This document shows positions 24,788 to 34,465 of a DNA stretch of 45,534 nt, piece after piece; within the stretch, counting starts at the first letter, position 1, and each line of letters opens with the position of its first letter. This stretch comes from a virus (lineage: Duplodnaviria; Caudoviricetes). The translations under genes were made by a program, and so were the position numbers. Where the stretch lies: IMG/VR virus record IMGVR_UViG_3300005573_000137, positions 1 through 45,534 of that record, one strand, 5' to 3'. The notes under the pieces were generated by a model that worked only from the letters and a program-made list of their open reading frames with translations, was not told the DNA's origin and did not search any database.

Positions 24788-27292
24788 TTATTGAACATTA
24801 AGTCTTCTAAAGATACAACTTAAATTATCTACATAGAACTTTGTAGACCCTCCAGCTCCAGTTAAAAAGAACTGAATTGAATTACCACGTCTATATGCTA
24901 CATCAATATAACCTTGCTGTAACGTATAGACAGTACCATTATTATTGATACCGAAAAATAATGAACAATTTCCAGATAACAAAATCTTATAGAATTTCTT
25001 AGGTTGAAGTCCATCTCCCATTGTAAAATTTTTAGATTTCCATTCAAGAGGCAAATAATAATTACCTTGAAATAAAATATTCATTGTTATATCAGTTAGG
25101 CGATTGTCAACAAAATAAGTTGCACCAGTCGTGTCATTGGCAACTAAATAAACTTCACCTTGCTTACCAGCAAATAAATGATAAGGTACTGTTGAGGCTG
25201 TTAAATTAAAATTCCAATAAAACCATTGTCCATCTGAATGATAAACCCAAGCTTGACCATTACTGACATTCATAAATATTATCGACCTTTTTTCAACTGA
25301 ATAGACTATTCTAATTGGGTCACTGTCTCCAGTAAATATGTCTGCCCATTGTTTATTCGTACTTTCTATTTTTCCATGAATAATATCAGTAATAATTCTT
25401 GTAGTTTGCCCATCATTCCAATATGCCCCATTTTTATCACACCAATACATACCACTTTCAGTAACAAGTAAACTTTGGTCACTATATATACCATGTTCCC
25501 AATATGTATTTTCTACATATAATCCTTCGGGGTTAATTCTGGCATACACATTCTTTCCAAAGGCATAAAGCTTACTATCAAAAGAGGCTAATGCTAAAGG
25601 TACAAAATCTACTTTAACAAAATCATGTAATGGGTCAAATTGGTCAAGGCATCCTGGCTTAGAAAAGAATATTAACTTAGTAGCATCATCAAAATAATTA
25701 GTTGTACATCCAGCCACAGCAAGCTTACCATTTATTGTACATCCAATCGTATAATTGATGATAGAATCAACTGTTTCTGGCATGGAAGTATAAGCTTCAT
25801 ACATTCCCCCTAATTGGTCTACATCATAAAACATATAATATTTTGTACTATATCCATCTGGAGGAGTATCACTATTCCATCCTCGAAAATCTACTTCACC
25901 AACCATTCTAAATTTTGTTCCTGGCAAGTAAGTATCGACAGAACCTTCTGCTCGCCACAGTTTGACTCCAGTTGCCCCTCTTAATCCATTATTTTTGTAA
26001 TTAATTGAAAACTTTATTGTTATTCGGTTGTAATATTCAGTGCTACTTACATTAAGTACTGTAATGTTATCTCCATCTGTTCTATAAGCCAATGGACTTT
26101 CTTGACCTTGATAATTTATAGAATAAGCATAATAGTATTTCTTATTACTAAAGAGATAATTAGTTGATGTCCCTTTTATATCTGGCGTAATTGTTAAATT
26201 GACGAATACATCATCACCTAATTTATTCTGTCTAAAATTATCCAGTTGAGCTTTTTTATAATATAAACTTAAATTGCCCTCTGCATAAGATATTGTCCAA
26301 GTATCTCCCGCTACATGAACTGAATTAAGGTCACGTAAAGAAATTCTAATATCTGTTCCTAAAGTATAAGGAGCTTCGGTTAAAAGAATTGGAGTTGAAG
26401 AAAAAGCATCTGAATTTTTCTTCCATTGAATATAAACATTTTCAACATCGGGTAAGCCTGCATAACAATCTGGTGTATTATATGTTCCCGAATTAATGAA
26501 GTCATTGTCCCGTAAAGGTTCAGCTACAAATGCACTATCTTTATTTAACCCATTCTTATCCCCCATAGATTTTATCTGATAAACACTTTTTGCCGCTTCT
26601 GTACCATCCTTATAGCCCCAAATAGTAACAAGTTTGCCTATATCTTTATCTGTCAATCCATGTTGAGTTAGGAAAATTTCATCATTCGATATAGTAATTT
26701 CCCGATTATAATTCGATGAATACTCAACATGGTGGACTTGTATAGTAAAAGTGTCCGTACCCTCATAACCATTTTGGTCAATTACTAAATTATTACTCTG
26801 TTGAGTTACTTTATTTAAAGAACTTAAATCATAAAGTTGTATATCTGGTCCTGGTGTGTAAATTATATTTCCATTGAAGGGGTCTAATTTATCATAACCT
26901 ATCATCATAGGGGGATTAGCCCCCATAGCAATTCTTGCTGAATGGTTCTCGGCTATTAAAGCTGTGGGTGGGCTATTCAAAGAGAAACTTGTTTCATTGC
27001 TTGTTCCATAGAAATTTCTTGTTCCATAGAAATCTTCACGTACTCTTACTGAATTGCCTGTACTATAAATTAATGAATAAAGGTCTTTCGATTTCTCAAT
27101 AAAACAGCTTCGCTCCATTCCATTATAATTTGGATATAATGTTTTCTTATCCAAAATGGCTTGCAACCTTCCAAGTGGAGATTCGGGGTCTTGGTTCATT
27201 GAATAAATAGCAGCAGTATCGGGTATGTCCCTACTATCTGCTTTTGAAAAGATTCCATTAAAACGTTCAATTGATATAGTCTCGTTTGGCAT
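24788..27292 (-). CDS. Tail nozzle/muzzle (stabilisation) protein
   Basis: 834 aa, beta-rich; F.G...D.RDIP...S.N N-terminus and WKSK.F.MG....KKFYK C-terminus typical of podophage nozzle proteins. Confidence 0.65.
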   Translation of the reverse strand: MPNETISIERFNGIFSKADSRDIPDTAAIYSMNQDPESPLGRLQAILDKKTLYPNYNGMERSCFIEKSKDLYSLIYSTGNSVRVREDFYGTRNFYGTSNETSFSLNSPPTALIAENHSARIAMGANPPMMIGYDKLDPFNGNIIYTPGPDIQLYDLSSLNKVTQQSNNLVIDQNGYEGTDTFTIQVHHVEYSSNYNREITISNDEIFLTQHGLTDKDIGKLVTIWGYKDGTEAAKSVYQIKSMGDKNGLNKDSAFVAEPLRDNDFINSGTYNTPDCYAGLPDVENVYIQWKKNSDAFSSTPILLTEAPYTLGTDIRISLRDLNSVHVAGDTWTISYAEGNLSLYYKKAQLDNFRQNKLGDDVFVNLTITPDIKGTSTNYLFSNKKYYYAYSINYQGQESPLAYRTDGDNITVLNVSSTEYYNRITIKFSINYKNNGLRGATGVKLWRAEGSVDTYLPGTKFRMVGEVDFRGWNSDTPPDGYSTKYYMFYDVDQLGGMYEAYTSMPETVDSIINYTIGCTINGKLAVAGCTTNYFDDATKLIFFSKPGCLDQFDPLHDFVKVDFVPLALASFDSKLYAFGKNVYARINPEGLYVENTYWEHGIYSDQSLLVTESGMYWCDKNGAYWNDGQTTRIITDIIHGKIESTNKQWADIFTGDSDPIRIVYSVEKRSIIFMNVSNGQAWVYHSDGQWFYWNFNLTASTVPYHLFAGKQGEVYLVANDTTGATYFVDNRLTDITMNILFQGNYYLPLEWKSKNFTMGDGLQPKKFYKILLSGNCSLFFGINNNGTVYTLQQGYIDVAYRRGNSIQFFLTGAGGSTKFYVDNLSCIFRRLNVQ

Positions 27293-28314
27293 TAAGCAGT
27301 CTTTGATACTTCTAAAGCATTACAATATTTAATTGCATTGCCTATCTTCCAAAATGGAATAACTGAATGTTCTTGAGTATTCAGAACTACACAAGGCATA
27401 GTTGCATTAGTAACATGACTAAAATATCTATGAGTATAAGCATCATCTATTTTTAATGTTCCTAATTGAATATATACTTGGTCTAAACCCCTTTGGAAGG
27501 CTATTTCAAGTCCAGGAACATGTCTATCACCCGCTACATAAATATCTTCATTTGGAATATCCATTTGAGCAAGCCTTTTTAATCCATGTAATGTATTCAA
27601 GTTTGAGAAAAATCTTGTCTTGTGAGTAGCCACAATACCATACTTTTGATTATTTATTTGAAGATTTATCTTTCCTATTCCATTAACATAAGGTACATAA
27701 TGCGCTAATATATTTTTGATAGTATTCTTACCAGATACTTTCTCTTCAAATTCTTCATGATTGCCCCAGAAAGCTCCTAATACTTTATGGGCTATTTCCT
27801 TTATCCATGCTTCAATAAACATGTCTTGCTCTCTTGGCGATATTACTTGCTGGTGCATGGCAAGTTTATTCTTGAAGTTTACAAAGTTATCTGCCATGTC
27901 CCCTACCAGTATAACATAAACATTTGGTTTTAATATAAAGTCTGTAAATTCAAGAAACGTTTTGTAATCTGTTCCAAGTGAACCTAAATGTAAATCTGAT
28001 AAAAATAATACTATAATGTTATCAAGTTTAGTTTTAATGATTGGATTAACAGATTTTTGTGAATTGCCAGCTTTCTCATGCAACTCTTGTTTCTGCATGA
28101 TTAGTTTTGTCCATTCTTTGAAATCAAATTCACTTTGTTTCTTGTCAATAATCAGTTCTGATTTTTCATTTTTATATTCTTTCCAAATTGGTTTATATAC
28201 ATATTTTTTACTACAATTTATATTCTTACATTTGTATTCTTTGATGCCATTATGACTTCCATTTGGGCTAAGTTGCTCACCACAATTTGGACATAATGCT
28301 ACTTTATTTTCCAT
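27292..28314 (-). CDS. Calcineurin-like metallophosphoesterase with N-terminal Zn ribbon
   Basis: SDLHLG, GDMAD, GNHE, TH and GDRH motifs; CPNC...C...C. Confidence 0.85.
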   Translation of the reverse strand: MENKVALCPNCGEQLSPNGSHNGIKEYKCKNINCSKKYVYKPIWKEYKNEKSELIIDKKQSEFDFKEWTKLIMQKQELHEKAGNSQKSVNPIIKTKLDNIIVLFLSDLHLGSLGTDYKTFLEFTDFILKPNVYVILVGDMADNFVNFKNKLAMHQQVISPREQDMFIEAWIKEIAHKVLGAFWGNHEEFEEKVSGKNTIKNILAHYVPYVNGIGKINLQINNQKYGIVATHKTRFFSNLNTLHGLKRLAQMDIPNEDIYVAGDRHVPGLEIAFQRGLDQVYIQLGTLKIDDAYTHRYFSHVTNATMPCVVLNTQEHSVIPFWKIGNAIKYCNALEVSKTA

Positions 28315-28745
28315 GATATTCCTACAACAATAATTACACCTATGATAAACCCGATGGCGGCGATACCAATCTTGGCAATAAAGGGTGTCTCAATAATTTC
28401 TGGTTTTGTTATTTGAACTGTATCTTGAATGATAATCGAATCGGGCTTAATTTTAATTTGGAATTGCCCGAATGATTTAGGTCTAATTTTACTTTTTTTG
28501 AATTCACTAACAATCACATTTTTGAATGAACTATCTGGAATGAATTTAACTGTTTGAGTTGTATCATTTCCCTTGACTTTAACACCTATAAAAAGGGAAT
28601 CTGCCCAGTTAGCATCCAGTGAATCTTGAATAATGGGTGGATGTATAACTTTTGGTCTGATGTCTATAACTTCTCTTGTTCCTCCACATCCCGCAAGAAA
28701 TAAGACGAATAATGTAAATAAAAAAGAGATAATGATTTTTTTCAT
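28299..28745 (-). CDS. Unimolecular spanin (u-spanin)
   Basis: Lipobox LAGC after a signal peptide, plus a C-terminal TM helix; adjacent to the endolysin. Confidence 0.75.
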   Translation of the reverse strand: MKKIIISFLFTLFVLFLAGCGGTREVIDIRPKVIHPPIIQDSLDANWADSLFIGVKVKGNDTTQTVKFIPDSSFKNVIVSEFKKSKIRPKSFGQFQIKIKPDSIIIQDTVQITKPEIIETPFIAKIGIAAIGFIIGVIIVVGISWKIK

Positions 28746-28754
28746 TTAATTTAA

Positions 28755-29240
28755 TTAAAATATAAGTATTGCCTTTTGGTATAGAACTGCTTCTGATTGC
28801 CTTCGCTGCACTAACCCAGGCAATACTTTACCGCCACCATGAACGAATTGTTTTATCTTGTGAACTACAATGGCTGTTTTAGAATTATTTATAGCAAAAA
28901 GAAAATATGAATCAATTCTATAACCAACATTAAAAGTAAGACTAACAAGTGCATCAAATTCATTCCATCTTAATCGTCTTGATGGCAGTTTAACAACATA
29001 ATTTTCAAATCTCTCTAAATCTTTAAGTAATAACTTTTCAGCTTCATATTCAGTAATTACCATCTTTGGATGTACATTTTGTGTACTTCCATAACCAATA
29101 GTCCAAACATGAGCTGGGCAAAGATAAGCCTTGCCTCTAAACCCTTCATAATGTTTTATTAACTTTAATCCTACTGGACTAATCCTCTGTCCAAAGATTG
29201 CTAAATTAAAAAGTAAGATTAACAGTAATAACTTTTTCAT
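28755..29240 (-). CDS. GH24 lysozyme endolysin with N-terminal signal peptide
   Basis: EG...AYLC....WTIGYG, FDALVSLTFNVG and GLVQRRQSE; leader MKKLLLLILLFNLAIFG. Confidence 0.92.
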   Translation of the reverse strand: MKKLLLLILLFNLAIFGQRISPVGLKLIKHYEGFRGKAYLCPAHVWTIGYGSTQNVHPKMVITEYEAEKLLLKDLERFENYVVKLPSRRLRWNEFDALVSLTFNVGYRIDSYFLFAINNSKTAIVVHKIKQFVHGGGKVLPGLVQRRQSEAVLYQKAILIF

Positions 29241-29689
29241 TACTTCATAAATGAATAAAATACTATTGCAACAACTAAAGCTGTACTAAAGATAACTGAG
29301 GCAAGTACAATCATGTTCTCTTTAATAGCCACATCAGTGAATTTTAGTTTTGTATAAATATGTTGCAATAATGTTCCTAACAAGCCTACTATAACAATAA
29401 GAAACAGAGAATATAATCCAACTTTAATAACCTTGATATATTCACTTTCTGTTTTAATCTTATCAACTTTATCTTGTAAGTTCAAAACATACTGGATGTT
29501 CTTATATTCTCCACTTGCAGTATCATAGTTGTCTGCAATCTGATTGTAATTGATATTAACGGCTTGGTCAATCTTATTTTCCTTTGGTAATAACCAAGAA
29601 GAAATTATAAAAATTGAAATGATTATTAATATAATTGATACTAAATGTATCTTGATATACTCTTTAATTTCTAATAAAAGCTTATTCAT
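29240..29689 (-). CDS. Three-TM membrane protein, holin-like
   Basis: Hydrophobic helices; directly upstream of the endolysin. Confidence 0.55.
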   Translation of the reverse strand: MNKLLLEIKEYIKIHLVSIILIIISIFIISSWLLPKENKIDQAVNINYNQIADNYDTASGEYKNIQYVLNLQDKVDKIKTESEYIKVIKVGLYSLFLIVIVGLLGTLLQHIYTKLKFTDVAIKENMIVLASVIFSTALVVAIVFYSFMK

Positions 29690-29949
29690 TGTTTATCCCT
29701 AATAATATGTTGTTCAAGTTTTGTTTCTACTTTTTCAATTCTTATATCTTGCTCTTTATTCTTTTCTTTGATGTCTTGAATTTGTTCCATTATCGCTGCA
29801 TTGGCAATTTTCACTTCTAATAACAACCGATAGACTTCATCAAGCTTTGCATTAAGATTATTAAAGAGGAAAGCAAGTACAAAAGCCAATATCGTAAGAA
29901 TAATCTTGATAAAAGGCTTAATCGAGTCTTCATAGAAAGTCTTTATCAT
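29686..29949 (-). CDS. TM plus coiled-coil protein (holin/antiholin-like)
   Basis: One N-terminal TM helix and a coiled coil; lysis cassette position. Confidence 0.5.
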   Translation of the reverse strand: MIKTFYEDSIKPFIKIILTILAFVLAFLFNNLNAKLDEVYRLLLEVKIANAAIMEQIQDIKEKNKEQDIRIEKVETKLEQHIIRDKQ

Positions 29950-29960
29950 TGTTCCCCTAA

Positions 29961-30230
29961 TTATCCTTTATAAGCCAAAGCACTCCCAGAATTCAATTGA
30001 ATAGCCGTAAATGCCCCGTAAATCGTAATCCCCTTAGGAAATACGACAGAAGTTGTAAGTACATCACCATCGATATTGTTACTATCAAGTTTTGAAAATG
30101 TACAATCACTTAGCATAGTAATTGCAGAATAATTACCACTATAAAGTGTATTTCCCGTAATTAATGTTGCCCCTACTCGTCCTATCTTAATATTTAATAC
30201 TTCCATTTCAGTATAATCATGTAAACTCAT
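29961..30230 (-). CDS. Small beta-rich virion protein
   Basis: FPKGITIYG.FT.IQL.SG..LAY C-terminal motif common in podophage structural modules. Confidence 0.6.
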   Translation of the reverse strand: MSLHDYTEMEVLNIKIGRVGATLITGNTLYSGNYSAITMLSDCTFSKLDSNNIDGDVLTTSVVFPKGITIYGAFTAIQLNSGSALAYKG

Positions 30231-30240
30231 TTTAATGCCT

Positions 30241-30283
30241 AAATAAAAAAAGATTTGTGCATACTTATTATCGTATGCACAAA
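30241..30283 (-). terminator. Rho-independent terminator after the tail fibre gene
   Basis: TTTGTGCATAC/GTATGCACAAA stem followed by a T-rich tract on the - strand. Confidence 0.8.
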
Positions 30284-30287
30284 CAAA

Positions 30288-31634
30288 TTAAAATGTACCG
30301 CCATCAATCAAATTAGCTTGGAATAATGCCCAATCACCAATTCCTGAAGTATAACCTGCATCTATTGTTATTGAATTATCTATTGATTGGAAAAGCACCT
30401 GTCGTCCATAAGAACCACCAACAGTGGAATTTCCCGAACCTACAACAATTTTTGTGAAAGCTCCTACACTTGAACCTATTATTGCATCTAAATTTGTTTT
30501 ATCAGTACCACTCATGAAACCAGCAGCTCCACCATTAACTGCAAGTGCATGAGATGAACCACCCGAACCAATATGGCTACTAAGGGTAGCTGCCGAAGCA
30601 ACATCAGTACTTGCAATAGAACCCACAGTTAAATTACCACTTGCATCCGAAACAACAACTTTACTTGCTGCAAAACCAGTTGTTCCAGTACCACCTCTTG
30701 AAGTTGGTAAAGTACCCGATGTTAATTTACTTGTATCTAATGAAGGAATATCACTTGCTGATAGTGACGTACCGCTTGTTACTTGCCCTTGCGCATTTGT
30801 TGTTACTTTAGTATATGTTCCAGGTGTACCTACATTAGCAATAGATATTTGGTTACCACTTTTACTTAAACCAGTACCAGCAATTATTTGCCCAGCCCCC
30901 GAAAATTGTGCAAAGTTTAATGTTGTTATTCCAACTGTAATTGAACTAGCGTATGTTAAAACCCATCCACTAAGACCATTGATATTTCCTTCTTCAACAA
31001 AGGTAAACATTCCTGGAGTGACATTATTATTTGTGCCATCTGCATCTGATGCTCTTGTCCATGCACCCGATTGCACAACGTAAATACCATTTTCTGATGT
31101 AATAGTTTGGTCTTTTACTAACACTCTATCGCCTACATTCAAAGCAACACCATCAATGGTTTGCGTTCCCGACAAGGTTATATTCGCAGTTGTAGCAGCC
31201 TTTACTGAATCCTTAATGTCTAAAGCTTGCTTAACAGAATCAGTATAAAGTTTTAAGTTATTAAGAATAGTATCAACAGTTGAACCACTTATACCACTTA
31301 CACTACCCGTAATCATCGATGCGGGGTGAGTTGATGGATGAGTATAAACAGTTTTTTCAACTCCATTGATAACTATATTACCATTGGTAGCACTTGTGCC
31401 AACATTAGTAGCTCCATTTGCTATACCAGCTAATTTAGATTTATCAGCAGCGGGATAAAAGGTATCCGTACCCATGTTCAGTAAATTATTTCTATCTAAT
31501 TTTACTGGAACAGTTGTCCCACTTGAATTACCATAAAATAACTCACCAGTATCAATGGCTAATACTGGTTCACCAGCATTTACATTTGAAGGTAAATTAG
31601 CTTTATTACCTCTCTTAATTCTAATAATTGCCAT
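30288..31634 (-). CDS. Tail fibre protein
   Basis: IKRG...LP....GEP....DTGEL.YG head module; DKSKLAGI, GDRVLVKDQ...ENGIY and GTYTKVT.NAQG fibre motifs. Confidence 0.85.
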   Translation of the reverse strand: MAIIRIKRGNKANLPSNVNAGEPVLAIDTGELFYGNSSGTTVPVKLDRNNLLNMGTDTFYPAADKSKLAGIANGATNVGTSATNGNIVINGVEKTVYTHPSTHPASMITGSVSGISGSTVDTILNNLKLYTDSVKQALDIKDSVKAATTANITLSGTQTIDGVALNVGDRVLVKDQTITSENGIYVVQSGAWTRASDADGTNNNVTPGMFTFVEEGNINGLSGWVLTYASSITVGITTLNFAQFSGAGQIIAGTGLSKSGNQISIANVGTPGTYTKVTTNAQGQVTSGTSLSASDIPSLDTSKLTSGTLPTSRGGTGTTGFAASKVVVSDASGNLTVGSIASTDVASAATLSSHIGSGGSSHALAVNGGAAGFMSGTDKTNLDAIIGSSVGAFTKIVVGSGNSTVGGSYGRQVLFQSIDNSITIDAGYTSGIGDWALFQANLIDGGTF

Positions 31635-31648
31635 TATCTATCCTTTCA

Positions 31649-32323
31649 TTAAATATAAGGTGTTACCGCAGAACCATTTGGTAACACTCGTCTACTATTC
31701 CATAGTCTTACATAGTTTTGGTCATACTCTCGAATAGCTATTAAAATTGAGTTAGGCGGTAGAACATACGATGTGTTGTAATTGTACAAGAAAAAATTAT
31801 TATAATTTACTAAATGTCCAGCACCAAATGGTAGTTGATAATATAATGCTTGCCAACCTGCCATTGGTATACCACTTGAAGTTACGGTTACTGGACTTGA
31901 ACCTATTACAGTAATAGATGCTCCGACATAAGGCATGGTTACATCAAAGTATCCATCAAGGGCTATTTTGCTATCTTTACCGAATCCTATAACAATAAAT
32001 CTGTTTGACCACTGTATCTCATAGTTTGTTGATAAAGTAACATTTCCACCCCCTAAAATAGAATGTTGTGCATGCAGGGTTGCTTCTGCCAAGTTACGAC
32101 TGGTCATAATTTGGTTAATTAAATCAGTTGCCGTATATAAATTTGTGGAATTATCGTAAAGGTGATGGCTATTCACTGATTCATACGAATTGATTTCTAC
32201 CAAATTGCCACTATTATTCCCAAAATATACTTCGGCAGTATCTTGACATAATAGCACTTCACCTGGACTTGCTGTTGAAGGCAAATTTGCTCTATTGCCT
32301 CTTTTTAATTTCACTATTGCCAT
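31649..32323 (-). CDS. Tail fibre/spike-associated protein
   Basis: Same KRGN.ANLPS...GE N-terminal module as 30288..31634. Confidence 0.7.
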   Translation of the reverse strand: MAIVKLKRGNRANLPSTASPGEVLLCQDTAEVYFGNNSGNLVEINSYESVNSHHLYDNSTNLYTATDLINQIMTSRNLAEATLHAQHSILGGGNVTLSTNYEIQWSNRFIVIGFGKDSKIALDGYFDVTMPYVGASITVIGSSPVTVTSSGIPMAGWQALYYQLPFGAGHLVNYNNFFLYNYNTSYVLPPNSILIAIREYDQNYVRLWNSRRVLPNGSAVTPYI

Positions 32324-32556
32324 TAAAATTCTCCACCGTCTAAAGTATCTGTAAAACTAAAACCCGACGCTTGAGTAGGGTCTATTATAATAAAACTGTT
32401 TGGCGTACCCGATTGAGAGATTACTTTAGTTATTTGTTGAGCTAATGTTAGTCCCGAAATCTTTGCCGTAACATTTGCCCTATCAATAGCAAAGTAATCA
32501 TCTGCTCCAAGTATAGTAGCCTCAATGGGAATGTCTTTAATTCTTTCACTGGGCAT
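32323..32556 (-). CDS. Small tail-fibre-associated protein
   Basis: RIKDIP...L..DDYF N-terminus and DGGEF C-terminus. Confidence 0.6.
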   Translation of the reverse strand: MPSERIKDIPIEATILGADDYFAIDRANVTAKISGLTLAQQITKVISQSGTPNSFIIIDPTQASGFSFTDTLDGGEF

Positions 32557-32565
32557 TTCTCACCA

Positions 32566-33240
32566 TTATAAAAATTGATATTTAACTTGAATTGGCAAAC
32601 CATCCTTGCCACTGTTACCAAGTCTCATGCCTTCTAATTCAGTTTCTTTATAAACATTTTTCCAATAAGCAGCCGATTGAATATCTTTTGCTTTAATGTA
32701 AAGTCTCTCTTTAACTCCAGCTATAATTCCCTCAACAAATTCATCTTCAATTTCTGTTACATCATTGATATTTATAAGTCTTTTTGGCATAAGAACAGCA
32801 CTTATTGTTAAGGTTGAAAAAGTATTAATAAATATAATTGCTGTGCCTCCAGAGTCTACAATTACATTTCCATTGTTATCAACCCACTGATGTGAACCAT
32901 CTATTCCTATTATTGGCGTTGCTAGTGGAAGTCTAAAAGTAAGTATTAAATTATCTCCATCAATTTTATATTCACACACATCCCACAAAACATGGTTAGA
33001 AGCATCTTTGAAAACTAATCCCTCAACACTTGATATATTTTTACTTTTAAGACTTATCGTTGCTTCATTGTCAGAAAATGACCACGCTGAATCAGTAGAC
33101 ATTATAGTAACATCACGTTTAATTATCCTTGTCTTTCTACAAAATTTCTCGTATATATTATTAAATAAAAAACCAATATATGATTGCCCATATTGCGGGA
33201 ACTCATCTTGAATCAATTCTACAATATTCATTAACTGCAT
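32566..33240 (-). CDS. Head-tail adaptor / ring protein
   Basis: Helical ends (FCRKT; EIEDEF.EGII.G..ERLY) flanking a beta core; positional. Confidence 0.6.
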   Translation of the reverse strand: MQLMNIVELIQDEFPQYGQSYIGFLFNNIYEKFCRKTRIIKRDVTIMSTDSAWSFSDNEATISLKSKNISSVEGLVFKDASNHVLWDVCEYKIDGDNLILTFRLPLATPIIGIDGSHQWVDNNGNVIVDSGGTAIIFINTFSTLTISAVLMPKRLININDVTEIEDEFVEGIIAGVKERLYIKAKDIQSAAYWKNVYKETELEGMRLGNSGKDGLPIQVKYQFL

Positions 33241-33245
33241 TTTAC

Positions 33246-34412
33246 TTATCCGTTTTGATTATCATTTGGTTGTGCAACTGGTATAGATACATTAAAATTT
33301 ACTTGCATGTATTCTGCCAGTTCATTCTTTAATGTTGCAATTATGCTTAAAAGTTCTTTCTGCTGAATAGCCAGTGCCTGTACATCTGATTGATATTTTT
33401 GTACCGTTGACATAACTAAAGCTTGATATTGCTGTACTTGGTTTTGATACCTTTCAAGGAATGAACGATATTGGGCAATTTGAACTTGAGATTTTTGAAT
33501 AGAATTTTGTAATGCTATATCAGAAGTCTTCTCTGCAGAGGCAATTAATGTTTGTTCACCCAATCGAGCATTCTCAATTAGTTTTTGAAGATTAGCCTGG
33601 TAAGCAACATTTTGTTGATTAAAGACATTTAATTGATTTTGAATATTTAATTGATATTCTTCTAATTGCGCTCTCTCTTTCGTTATTTGTACTTGGGCTA
33701 ATTCTGTATCTTCGGTATCGGTATTTAGAGCAGTTATCGATGAAATAAAATCAGCATTCGAAAGAGGGCTTGTATATTGTGGTGCAGGTCCTAAATCGCC
33801 AACTGTTGAGTTAAAATAAGCTGCCACAGTAGCATTTGTCCACTGAAAATTTGGGTCACTGGGCAAAGTAGGCGGAGTAATTGTAGATAAGTCTGGTGGT
33901 ATTAAACTTAAACTTTTAAGATTAGAAATTGCAGCTTTAATTGCAGCATATAAAATTACTCCAAATTCATATTCAGGAAGAAAGTTATCAATTGAATCTT
34001 TAGTACAATCAATATTCTGAGGATAAACATACGAAAATAAAATACCAGCGGGCAGTACAACAGCCCCTCCATTATAAATACATAAGGCTGGAGTTGAATT
34101 TGTGGCATAATAAATACTATTAGGATTTGTCAATTTATTATATAAATTACTGGGTTGAAAAATAGCATCATTCCCTGCACATGTTCCTTTAAGTATTCGC
34201 CTCCCATCAACTGATATAGGCATTGGAATATAAGTGTCTCCAAGTGGTCCAGATTGTATATCAAATGTATTATTTACTTTAGCAATTGCCTCAAGTTTTG
34301 ATGAAGGAATATGGTCTGCTATGTATTTTGCTCCCTCTTGTAACCATTGATTTAAGGCATCAATGTTACTGTATGGACCTATTAAATTTTCAATTTTACT
34401 TTTTAATGACAT
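33246..34412 (-). CDS. Adaptor/ring protein with long Q-rich coiled coil
   Basis: FLPEYEFGVILYAAIKA adaptor-like motif; follows the capsid gene. Confidence 0.55.
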   Translation of the reverse strand: MSLKSKIENLIGPYSNIDALNQWLQEGAKYIADHIPSSKLEAIAKVNNTFDIQSGPLGDTYIPMPISVDGRRILKGTCAGNDAIFQPSNLYNKLTNPNSIYYATNSTPALCIYNGGAVVLPAGILFSYVYPQNIDCTKDSIDNFLPEYEFGVILYAAIKAAISNLKSLSLIPPDLSTITPPTLPSDPNFQWTNATVAAYFNSTVGDLGPAPQYTSPLSNADFISSITALNTDTEDTELAQVQITKERAQLEEYQLNIQNQLNVFNQQNVAYQANLQKLIENARLGEQTLIASAEKTSDIALQNSIQKSQVQIAQYRSFLERYQNQVQQYQALVMSTVQKYQSDVQALAIQQKELLSIIATLKNELAEYMQVNFNVSIPVAQPNDNQNG

Positions 34413-34424
34413 TGTAATAAAATA

Positions 34425-34451
34425 AGTGAGGGAGGTTTTAATTCCCTCACT
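34425..34451 (-). terminator. Terminator after the major capsid gene
   Basis: AGTGAGGGA/TCCCTCACT stem followed by TATTTTATT on the - strand. Confidence 0.8.
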
Positions 34452-34465
34452 GATTAAAGAAGTGC

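Noticed and set aside
27000-27033. 18-bp tandem duplication (FYGTRN/FYGTSN) in the nozzle gene
   Set aside because: Two copies, in frame; no evidence of function.
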